A stretch of DNA of 63,447 bases, counting the filler, from an uncultured bacterium (lineage in GTDB: Bacteria > Hinthialibacterota > Hinthialibacteria > Hinthialibacterales > Hinthialibacteraceae), in the NCBI GenBank assembly GCA_964449065.1. It is 3 parts of 3 records of this genome, joined end to end, with 100 filler letters (N's around TTAATTAATTAA, not from the genome) between each part and the next. Parts side by side here need not be neighbours in the genome. Positions count along the whole stretch, not along the records: positions 1 to 21,339 come from CAYVAZ010000046.1; positions 21,440 to 42,743 come from CAYVAZ010000047.1; 1 more part is not named here. One strand, written 5' to 3'. Of the stretch, positions 17,957-26,260 are shown piece by piece. The notes beneath the pieces were generated by a model. That model ran no database searches. It worked only from the letters and a program-made list of their open reading frames with translations, and had not been told where the DNA came from. Each line of letters opens with the position of its first letter. Position 1 is the first letter of the stretch. Position numbers and translations under genes: made by a program.

Positions 17957-19981
17957 TTGGAGGAACAAATGCTTAAACGTTTGATCGATTGCCGCAGAGG
18001 TGGGTATGTGTTTGGTATGTTGTCTTTGCTTATGGTTTGTGTGTTTCCCGCCATAAGTGGGGCTGAACATGTATTGAGCACGAAAGAAAACAAAAAAATG
18101 ATGGGCGCGTTTCATATACCGGCTCAAATCCTGCTGGTATCTCAAGTGGAAACGCCACCCGAGACACCGGTCGAGACGCCGACAAATACACCGGTTCCGC
18201 CAACCAATACACCGGTACCGCCGACGAATACGCCAACACCGGCGGAGACGCCCGTTGAAACGCCGGTAGAAACACCGACCAACACGCCGGTTCCGCCAAC
18301 CAACACACCGATTCCGCCTACAAACACACCGTTACCCGATACGCCGACTGCAACACCTACGGCTGAAACTCCGGTAACACCGCCTAATTTGACACTGATT
18401 GTGCCGGATACGGTTGCGGTAAACCAGGAATTTACCTTACAGATTGATATTGCCGATGCGGTGGATGTTCAGGCTTTTGGGTTTGATATCGTTCCATCCA
18501 ACAACAATGTCTCGTTTGTGAGTGTGGATAACGCGGGCACCTTAACACAGGATTTCTTCTTCTTGCAGGCAACCCAACGCGCCAATGGTGCGGTTCGTGT
18601 GGGAGCCGCGGGTGGGTTTGAGTCGGTTAATGGTGCAGGTACATTGTTGAACGTCGTGTTCAGCGCCGTCAGCGAAGGCCAAACCACCTTTGATGTGACC
18701 AATTTGTTGGATGAGTTAAGCAATGCTACATTCAATCCAGTAACGATTCAGGTGGAAGGTGAAACTCCGACGGCGACACCGGTTCCACCCACGGCGACAC
18801 CGGTACCGCCTTCTCCCACACCGGAAACCCCTGTAGACGATACGCCGACTCCAGTACCGCCGTCACCGACACCGGAAACCCCGGGCGCGACACCGACACC
18901 GGATATCCCAACAGCAACGCCGGTGCCGCCTACAGCCACACCGACACCGTTTGTGTTTGAAAACTCCTTCCAAGGTGTGTCATTGCTTGACGGTTTTGGT
19001 GGTATCCACGAATTGGGTGATATTGTTGGGTTCTTTGATTTGAACCAAAACGGTGTGTTGGATGACCCGAATTCATCTAAAGTGATTCTCCCTTATTTCG
19101 CTGGACGGGATACCTATCGCGATATTGAAGTTTACATTGAAAATGAAGGTACTCCTGATGCCAATATTAAAGCGGTTGCCGGTATGACCGGGCGGGGCAG
19201 AATCTTCTCCGCGGAGATATTGGAAACACCCGGTGGAGCACTTGTTCCTTCTCTGAACTTCCTACCGGGATTGCAAAGAACTTTTGATTCCCCCGAAGCT
19301 GTACGCGGTATTGAATTTATCAACGGGGCTCAAGGTTATGTTGTCCTCTTTAATGATGGACGAATTCAGCGAGTGGATGTGTCGGATGAAGCCGGTGTGC
19401 AGGCCAATCGGACTATAATTCAAAACTCGATTGTTGACCCATTGCGTTCACCTGCCGTCGATATTGAAGTTTTAAGCAGTGATGAAGCGACCGTGTCCGG
19501 TTACACATTGGATGCAAGAGGCCGAATTCGTGCATTTGGCGGTGCGCCTGAGTTGGTTGGCGTTCCTGTATCTCCCAACCCGATCTTTACCGATATGGAA
19601 CTTCTACGGTTGCCGGATCAAACCATCGCGGTAGTGGCGGATGTAGCAGGCAGTTTCTTCACCGCAGCCGAAGACGGTGCTGAGGTTCCGGATATTCCGG
19701 TCCCGCAGTTAGGGTTTAACGCTGAGAATTTCCTGCTTGATTTGGAAGTTCAAATCGATCCAAGTATCGAAGCCTTTAACGGAATCGGTGTAATGGCCAT
19801 TACCCGAATCGGTTCCGTTCACACATCTGGCGCGATTGACTTCTTCTTAACCTCAGACGGGTTAACCCGCCGTTCCGATGTGGAAGTGGTTGAAAGTGTT
19901 GAAGGGATACCCTTTATTCAGTTAGGGTTCTTTGGATTGGATATTGTACGTGACCTTGAGTTGTATATCATCGGTCAATAA
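17957..19981 (+). CDS. Secreted Pro/Thr-rich protein with cohesin-like domain and C-terminal repeat (propeller-like) region
   Basis: Signal peptide; PTNTPVP repeats; V.V...F.L.I.I....DVQAFGFDI..G.GTLLNVVF pattern at ~18385-18760; LLDGFGGIH/TLDARGRI repeats. Confidence 0.8.
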   Translation: MEEQMLKRLIDCRRGGYVFGMLSLLMVCVFPAISGAEHVLSTKENKKMMGAFHIPAQILLVSQVETPPETPVETPTNTPVPPTNTPVPPTNTPTPAETPVETPVETPTNTPVPPTNTPIPPTNTPLPDTPTATPTAETPVTPPNLTLIVPDTVAVNQEFTLQIDIADAVDVQAFGFDIVPSNNNVSFVSVDNAGTLTQDFFFLQATQRANGAVRVGAAGGFESVNGAGTLLNVVFSAVSEGQTTFDVTNLLDELSNATFNPVTIQVEGETPTATPVPPTATPVPPSPTPETPVDDTPTPVPPSPTPETPGATPTPDIPTATPVPPTATPTPFVFENSFQGVSLLDGFGGIHELGDIVGFFDLNQNGVLDDPNSSKVILPYFAGRDTYRDIEVYIENEGTPDANIKAVAGMTGRGRIFSAEILETPGGALVPSLNFLPGLQRTFDSPEAVRGIEFINGAQGYVVLFNDGRIQRVDVSDEAGVQANRTIIQNSIVDPLRSPAVDIEVLSSDEATVSGYTLDARGRIRAFGGAPELVGVPVSPNPIFTDMELLRLPDQTIAVVADVAGSFFTAAEDGAEVPDIPVPQLGFNAENFLLDLEVQIDPSIEAFNGIGVMAITRIGSVHTSGAIDFFLTSDGLTRRSDVEVVESVEGIPFIQLGFFGLDIVRDLELYIIGQ

Positions 19982-20001
19982 AATTTCTCAATAAGATTCC
20001 C

Positions 20002-20034
20002 AAAAGGGGGGTGGCGTTTGTCATCCCCTTTTTT
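20002..20034 (+). terminator. Intrinsic terminator
   Basis: AAAAGGGGGGTGGC-GTTT-GTCATCCCCTTTTTT. Confidence 0.7.
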
Positions 20035-20065
20035 GTTATATCCCTTTTGTAATAGGATAGATTTT

Positions 20066-21142
20066 ATGAAACTCAAAGAATTCATCACACGAATAGAACA
20101 CGCGGTTCCACCCGCATGGGCGTTGCCGGATGACCCCATTGGATTGCAGATCGGTGATCCATCACAGGATGTAAAGCGGGTATTTGTTTCGCTGGAAATG
20201 AATTCGCAGCGTATGAAGTTGGCCGCGAAGAAAAAATGCGATTTGTTGCTGCTACATCACCCTCTTATTTTTCGTCCTTTGAAGAAGATATGTGAGAATG
20301 ATCCGGTGCAGCGCCTGGTTCGGGAGATTATCCGTCATGATATGGCCTGTTATGGGATGCACACCAATGTTGATCTTCATCCGGAAGGCATGGCAAAGGT
20401 ATGGGCGCAAAAATTGGGATGCAAAGACTTCTATTGCTTGGCCCCCAAACCGCAGGCGGAGCAGTTGAAATTGGTGACCTTTGTTACCAAAGAACATACC
20501 CATTTGGTTCGGGAAGCATTATCCAATGCCGGGGCCGGGCATATCGGCGATTATTCTATGTGTTCGTATACCTTGCAGGGGATGGGGTCATTTCAAGGCT
20601 CGGAACACACCAATCCGTTTGTAGGGAAAGCGGGTCAATTTGAGATGGAACCGGAAGAACGGCTGGAAATGGTGCTGCCAAAGCATAGGCAGCGTGCCGT
20701 GATTCAAGCGTTATATAAAGTACACCCGTATGAAGAACCGGCGTATGACCTCTATCCGTTAGAAAACGTGCGCGGATTGGAGCAAGCGGCTTGGATTGCT
20801 GATTTCGGCAAAAAACTTTCTTGGAACGAATTTGAACAGCGTATTCACAATAGCATTAAAGGAATACCCCATATCACAAGCGTGCGTCCGGATACCAAAA
20901 AGAAGATTAAGACCATCGCCATTTCTACCGGAAGCGGGAGTTCGTTTTTGCCGGTTGTTGCAGGATTGGATGTGGATTGTTATTTGACTGGAGAGATGGG
21001 ATACCACGTGCAGTGGGAAGCGAAAGAGCGGGGATTGAACGTCGCGTTAGTCGGGCATGATTACAGCGAATCGATGTTTCCGGAAACGGTTGTCAAGATT
21101 TTGAAGCCATACATAACTGAAGTGGAATGGGTATTGGATTAA
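20066..21142 (+). CDS. Nif3-like dinuclear metal-centre protein with PII-like insert (YqfO type)
   Basis: D..GLQIG, HHPLIF, HTN.D, KLVTFV, GAG.IG.Y, HPYEEPAYD, GH..SE. Confidence 0.93.
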   Translation: MKLKEFITRIEHAVPPAWALPDDPIGLQIGDPSQDVKRVFVSLEMNSQRMKLAAKKKCDLLLLHHPLIFRPLKKICENDPVQRLVREIIRHDMACYGMHTNVDLHPEGMAKVWAQKLGCKDFYCLAPKPQAEQLKLVTFVTKEHTHLVREALSNAGAGHIGDYSMCSYTLQGMGSFQGSEHTNPFVGKAGQFEMEPEERLEMVLPKHRQRAVIQALYKVHPYEEPAYDLYPLENVRGLEQAAWIADFGKKLSWNEFEQRIHNSIKGIPHITSVRPDTKKKIKTIAISTGSGSSFLPVVAGLDVDCYLTGEMGYHVQWEAKERGLNVALVGHDYSESMFPETVVKILKPYITEVEWVLD

Positions 21143-21339
21143 TCACTCATGTTACGCAATCAATGATTGTCTAGTGCATGAAAAATGGTTTTTGTTGTGA
21201 GCCAACTATTCTAAGTCGAACGCAGTGTCTATCGTCTTCTCCCTTTGGGAGAAGATAAGAGATGAGGGCGATGAGAGCGATTGCTCCCCATGACGCAGTC
21301 GCGTAATTAGAGGTTTATTCCTCCCGAACCCTCACCCCG
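21143..21339. repeat. Family C long-inverted-repeat element, left arm with internal REP-like hairpins
   Basis: 21143-21233 is the near-exact reverse complement of 21440-21530 and 42853-42943; interior CTTCTCCC/GGGAGAAG and CCCTCACCCCG. Confidence 0.85.
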
Positions 21340-21439
21340 NNNNNNNNNNNNNNNNNNNNNNNNNNNNNNNNNNNNNNNNNNNNTTAATTAATTAANNNNN
21401 NNNNNNNNNNNNNNNNNNNNNNNNNNNNNNNNNNNNNNN
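21340..21439. other. Assembly gap with artificial TTAATTAATTAA linker
   Basis: N-run, all-frame stop linker, N-run. Confidence 0.98.
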
Positions 21440-21530
21440 GATAGACACTGCGTTTGACTGAGAATAGTTGGCTCACAACAAAAACCATTTTTCACGCAAT
21501 CGTCAATCATGGATTGCGTAACATCAGTTA
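21440..21530. repeat. Family C element, right arm
   Basis: Ends GATTGCGTAACATCAGTTA; inverted relative to 21143-21233. Confidence 0.85.
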
Positions 21531-21660
21531 CTTAATATGGATTATAACAAAATCATCGTGATAAACCACATTAAAATTCTTGCATTGCTGCAGGAATCAA
21601 ATTGACTACGAATAACTTTAAATATATAACTGAACAGAATGAAAGATTGAATGGAAATAA

Positions 21661-22617
21661 ATGAAAACCATTCCTGCTATCCTATACGTGTGGATGATTG
21701 TTTTGCTGATTCCCTACGCCTACACGCAATTCTGCGTGACCTATGATGATGTGTATGGCTGGGATTATGCCGCCTATGTTCATGCCGCGCTGTATGTCGC
21801 GGATGGTGCGTCTCCTTACAATGAAAGCTTATACATTTATCCGCCGACACTGGCGATACTTATAGTGCCATTCACATACCTCAGCCGGGATACCGGCTTT
21901 GCGGTTTGGACGGTCGTCAGCCTGATAGCCTACATTTATGCGGTTTCCCGCGCGGTAAAATGCGGAACAAAAACCAGAGTGACGAGTCATGACTGATGAA
22001 TACAAAAACTCTTCACTTATCACTCGTCACTCTTCACTGTTTTTAACATGTTACGTGATCCCAGAATATTCTGCTCTCTAGCGATCATCCTCTTTTGGTT
22101 CCCGGTGTATGAATCACTTCATCAGGGGCAAATCACCTTGGTGCTTACGGCGATGTTGGCGGCCTCTATTCATCGGGAACCTTTCTGGCGGGGATTGCTG
22201 GCCGGACTTGTTACCGCCATCAAACCCACGTTTGGACTTCTGATTCCCTTTATGGCTTATTTGTTCGGGGGGCGTTGTCTTTTAGGGGTGATTACCGGGC
22301 TCATTCCAGCGCTTTTGGCTTGGAGCTGGTTTGTTGAGTATGTGATGATGTTCCCCACAATTGCCCGGCATGACTTTTTGCTTCCCTCACCCGCGGGCTT
22401 GATTGGAGTGATTCCAAGCGCGCTAATCAGCTGCTTTGTATGTGCTGTTATCGTATGGAAGGTGAAAGAAACAGAATGGGCGTATCTGCTGGTGATTGGC
22501 GTGGTATCTATCGGGACGGCGTTGTGGGTGCATAGTTATACGCCGGTCATATTGCCGGTTTTGTATGGATTAAACCGGTTTTGGAAAGAATCAGAAAATG
22601 ATAAGAATCAGGAATAG
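21661..22617 (+). pseudogene. GT87/DUF2029-like membrane glycosyltransferase split into 21661-21996 and 22048-22617
   Basis: D...Y..AA..G.SPY..YIYPP in the first part, GQ..L..IKP in the second; same frame, separated by TGA TGA inside a heptamer palindrome. Confidence 0.75.
21976..22040. repeat. Inverted heptamer repeat cluster
   Basis: AGTGACG AGTCATG ACTGATG .. TCACTTA TCACTCG TCACTCT TCACTGT; AGAGTGACGAGT pairs with ACTCGTCACTCT. Confidence 0.8.
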
Positions 22618-22777
22618 ATGTTGTTACGCGGGAAACTCACGATGCTGTGATTGACGCCGGCCAACCCTCGCTTGGAAATTTGTTTCGAAGGACAGATGTC
22701 GTTGTTTCTCCCCTATACATAGATTGGTCGGGAAGTTCGAATAGGCCGTTTGTTCTCAAAAAACATTTCTTGTCCTT

Positions 22778-22890
22778 AGAGTAATTCAGGTTTGTGTAGA
22801 TAGAAAGAGATCGTCTTTGATCCCCCTTACCCCCCTTCATAAGGGGGGCAACAACGACAGGTCCTTTCTATCCAACTCTGAAATGCGCTA
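22778..22890. repeat. MITE-like shell family B with poly-C/poly-G REP cargo
   Basis: Ends match 7337-7430; interior TCCCCCTTACCCCCCTT-CAT-AAGGGGGG flanked by GATAGAAAG/CTTTCTATC. Confidence 0.75.
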
Positions 22891-22990
22891 AAGGACTACA
22901 TTGAAGCATTGGGGGGAATAGAAATACATGGTGTATTCCCAGAAAATAAAATCATCAATATAGTTCATCCCAATAAATAAAGGTATAAAC

Positions 22991-23806
22991 CTACCAACCG
23001 CCGCTGGCGCCTCCGCCTCCGGACATGCCGCCGCCAAAACCGCCCCCGCCGCCGAAGCTTCCGCCGCCAAAACCGCCGACGAATTGTGAGCCGCCGCCCC
23101 AATGGCTGCGCCGTCCGCCGCTATTCATCAGCATCAACAGAAGCATTAACCGGGGATGTTTCACGAACATATAGATAAAGAAGATCATCCCCAATATGCC
23201 CATGATGGACTGAAAAAAGCCGCCGCCGCGGTCCTGGGAGGACGCCCTTCTCTGCTGCTGGGCCTGTGATTCTTGGATTTGAAACTCGCTCAGGGGGATA
23301 TTCTTTTGCTCGGCAATCCGGGCAACCAGAGCAATGCTTAAATCTTCCAGCCCTTGGCCGTAATTGTCCGCCCGGAAAAAATCGGGTAGGATATTTCGGC
23401 CCAAGCTGGATGCCACCGCATCGGGGATGACACCCTCTAAACCGTAACCCACTTCGATGCGCCAGCGGCGTTCGTCAATCGCCACCAAAACCAACAGGCC
23501 GTTGTCTTGATCTTGTTGGCCGATGCCCCAGCTTTCAAACAGGTCAACCGCGGTTTCTTCGATGCTGGCAAAGCCGCGGTCTTCATAACTTTGGATGGTA
23601 ACGACGGCAAGTTCATCCTGTGTCACTTCTTCCAACTTCTTGGCCAGCGCATTAATGCGATTTTCATTGTTCTGTGAAATAACGTTGGCGAAGTCGGATA
23701 CATGGTTAATGGGCTCTTCCCATTCGCTCTGCGCGCCGGACAGGCTGATAAAGAGAAAAAGGACACAAATCTGTGTTAGGTATTGGATCAATCGATTCGT
23801 CATCAT
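22991..23806 (-). CDS. TPM-domain protein (YgcG-like)
   Basis: VSDFANVI, WGIG....DNGLL, RIEVGYGLEG.IPD, Gly-rich tail ending GGGGASGGW. Confidence 0.93.
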   Translation of the reverse strand: MMTNRLIQYLTQICVLFLFISLSGAQSEWEEPINHVSDFANVISQNNENRINALAKKLEEVTQDELAVVTIQSYEDRGFASIEETAVDLFESWGIGQQDQDNGLLVLVAIDERRWRIEVGYGLEGVIPDAVASSLGRNILPDFFRADNYGQGLEDLSIALVARIAEQKNIPLSEFQIQESQAQQQRRASSQDRGGGFFQSIMGILGMIFFIYMFVKHPRLMLLLMLMNSGGRRSHWGGGSQFVGGFGGGSFGGGGGFGGGMSGGGGASGGW

Positions 23807-24564
23807 GATTTTGTTTGCCAGCGGTCTACAACTGTTGATAATTCCAGCAGCACATCCGCCATTTCCCCGTAGGTCGCGAGCGCCTGCGCTTTCTCGATCG
23901 GCATTTGTTTTTGGTGATGTGCCCATACTGTTCGCAGTACATCGATGGAGAAATCGGTGTTTTCATCCAACTTGGCGATAACATCTTTTGTGACTTTGGG
24001 CGGTTGTTCCGCCTCTTCGTCCAAAAAGCGCAGCAAATTACGCAAGACCGGCACCAAATCAACCAGCGCGCCGGTTAAAATCTCCAGCAGCACTTTGGGC
24101 TGGTCTCCGGTTTCCATATACATTTCGCGCAGGCGGATGAGTTTGCCTTTGATTTGCTCTTCAATCTTCAGGCGCAAATATTCCATGGGAATGCGCAAAT
24201 CCTGAACCCGGTTGGTCTCTCCATACACATGCAGATGCTTTTCTTTAATCTCGATAAATTCCAGCGGAAAGGTATCGGTCGAGCGCTCCAATGTTTCAAC
24301 GGATAAACATAGCGGAGCAATCACCCCGTTTTTGAGATGAGGTTTCACAAGCGGCTGCAACTCTTTGGCACGGGGAAAGTGGAATGAATCAAACAAAATC
24401 AGCGCTTGAATGGTGGATTGCTTGGGTACATAATCGTCCGTCACCACATCGCCGTATAGATAGATGGAATCGACATTCTCTTTAAACTGTCCGGTTATTT
24501 TATTCAGCAGCGGCTTCATCCACTCTTTGGCCTGTGGATGGATGGTATCAATGTTTTGCAGCAT
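23803..24564 (-). CDS. Nucleotidyltransferase-like protein of the type found in lemA-TPM operons
   Basis: SIYLYGD, S.D.FPLEF, LR..IE...KGKLIRLR; ATGA overlap with TPM gene. Confidence 0.75.
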   Translation of the reverse strand: MLQNIDTIHPQAKEWMKPLLNKITGQFKENVDSIYLYGDVVTDDYVPKQSTIQALILFDSFHFPRAKELQPLVKPHLKNGVIAPLCLSVETLERSTDTFPLEFIEIKEKHLHVYGETNRVQDLRIPMEYLRLKIEEQIKGKLIRLREMYMETGDQPKVLLEILTGALVDLVPVLRNLLRFLDEEAEQPPKVTKDVIAKLDENTDFSIDVLRTVWAHHQKQMPIEKAQALATYGEMADVLLELSTVVDRWQTKS

Positions 24565-24757
24565 CGTGAACTCCAGCAATATGTTGAATAGTATTGATCA
24601 ACAATGCATAGTATATAACCGCTCTCAACATTCCCAATAGACACATCTCCAATAGGATAAGGAGCCAATCTATATAAGCAATCCACGAAATCTAAAGAAT
24701 TGTATGCCATAATTTGACCATAAAATTCTGTTGATGGCTGAACGCTACAGGTAACTC

Positions 24758-26083
24758 ATGAACGATCTTCAAAACCAACTCAAAAACCGTCCTCTCAAGC
24801 GTGAACTGGGTTTGTTTGATGCCGTGTTGATGGGTCTGGGCTCGATATTGGGGACGGGTATTTTTGTCAGCATCGGTCTGGCGGCAGGGGTAGCAGGCCC
24901 ATCCGTGATTTTCGCCATTGTTGTTGCCGCGATGGTGGCCGCGTGCAATGCCCTGTCTTCTGCCCAACTGGCAGCCGCGCATCCGGTGAGCGGCGGAACC
25001 TATGAATACGGCTATCAATTTCTGACGCCTTCTTTAGGCTTTACAGCAGGCTGGATGTTCCTATGGGCAAAATCGGCCTCGGCAGCAACCGCGGCACTTG
25101 GTTTTGCAGGTTATATTTCGGCGTTGACCGGAAACGAAACGATTCCGCACGTGCTGTTAGCGACCCTTACGGTTATCAGTTTTACCGCAATCGTTCTTTC
25201 CGGAATCCGCCGGTCGAGCCGTATCAACATCACGATTGTATCGATCACGATTCTTTCGCTTATCGTTTTTGTCATCACGGCGGCATGGTTTCATTGGACA
25301 AATGAAACCGCAGACGTATTGCTTCCGTTTTTTCGCGGAGATACTTTCGGGCCGAAGGCGCACAACCTGTTTCATGCCGGCGCGTTGATGTTTGTTGCGT
25401 TTACCGGATACGGCCGAATCGCAACGTTGGCAGAGGAGGTCGAACACCCCCAACGCACAATTCCCCGCGCCATTCTCGCTACCTTAATCGTATCCGCTCT
25501 TCTCTATGTTTTGGTAGCCTACACAGCAATCCGCGCGGTTGGTGCGGACTTTTTGTCTCACGCGGCAAAGAATTCTGCCGCGCCGCTTGAACTGGCGGCA
25601 CGCGAATTCGGGTTTCCGTTCGTCCCGTGGCTAGTCACGATTGGCGCGGTGGCGGCCATGCTGGGGGTGTTGCTCAATTTGATTCTTGGTCTATCACGGG
25701 TTCTGCTTGCCATGGGACGCCGCCGTGATATACCCAACGCGTTCGCTCAACTGGACCGCGAAGAAAAAACCCCTTGGATTGCCGTGCTCGCAACCGGAAT
25801 TCTAATCGCTGCGATTACAGGGTTGGGCAGCGTAAAAACAACGTGGAGTTTTAGTGCCTTTACCGTACTGATTTATTACGCCATCACAAACGCATCCGCT
25901 CTTGCGTTACCGATACATCAGCAACTGTTTCCCAAATGGATCGCGGCTTTGGGCTTAATCTCATGTTTGTTTCTTGCGTTTTGGGTAGAATGGTATTTTT
26001 GGCTGATTGGACTGATTCTCATACTCATTGGTTTGATATGGAAATATCTCTGGAATTCTTTAACCCATGGAGTTTATGAGTAA
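24758..26083 (+). CDS. APC-family amino acid permease
   Basis: GLGSILGTGIF, P.SGG.YEY, F.AFTGYGRIATLAEE; ~12 TM. Confidence 0.93.
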   Translation: MNDLQNQLKNRPLKRELGLFDAVLMGLGSILGTGIFVSIGLAAGVAGPSVIFAIVVAAMVAACNALSSAQLAAAHPVSGGTYEYGYQFLTPSLGFTAGWMFLWAKSASAATAALGFAGYISALTGNETIPHVLLATLTVISFTAIVLSGIRRSSRINITIVSITILSLIVFVITAAWFHWTNETADVLLPFFRGDTFGPKAHNLFHAGALMFVAFTGYGRIATLAEEVEHPQRTIPRAILATLIVSALLYVLVAYTAIRAVGADFLSHAAKNSAAPLELAAREFGFPFVPWLVTIGAVAAMLGVLLNLILGLSRVLLAMGRRRDIPNAFAQLDREEKTPWIAVLATGILIAAITGLGSVKTTWSFSAFTVLIYYAITNASALALPIHQQLFPKWIAALGLISCLFLAFWVEWYFWLIGLILILIGLIWKYLWNSLTHGVYE

Positions 26084-26260
26084 CGTCAACCAAGTGGTCC
26101 GGCAAATGTTCAGCAAAAAAAAACGGTACCGAAACATTTTCGTTTAGACATTTAAAAAACGGCGGGGATTATTTCATTTTATGCTACCGTTTGATTTGAT
26201 TCAATCGTTTACCTATAATACCATATCAACTGGGCAAAATCTGTTAACCAAGAGGCTTTC

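Noticed and set aside
18150..18950. DNA tandem repeats as a VNTR or array
   Set aside because: They encode Pro/Thr linkers with synonymous variation, so the repetition is protein-level.
21384..21395. TTAATTAATTAA palindrome (also 42788-42799)
   Set aside because: Artificial all-frame-stop linker inside N gaps; not biological. Adjacency across the gaps is unproven.
21994..21999. Selenocysteine or TGA-recoding readthrough
   Set aside because: Tandem TGAs lie in an inserted repeat, not at a catalytic Cys position; TGA is a normal stop in many genes in this window.
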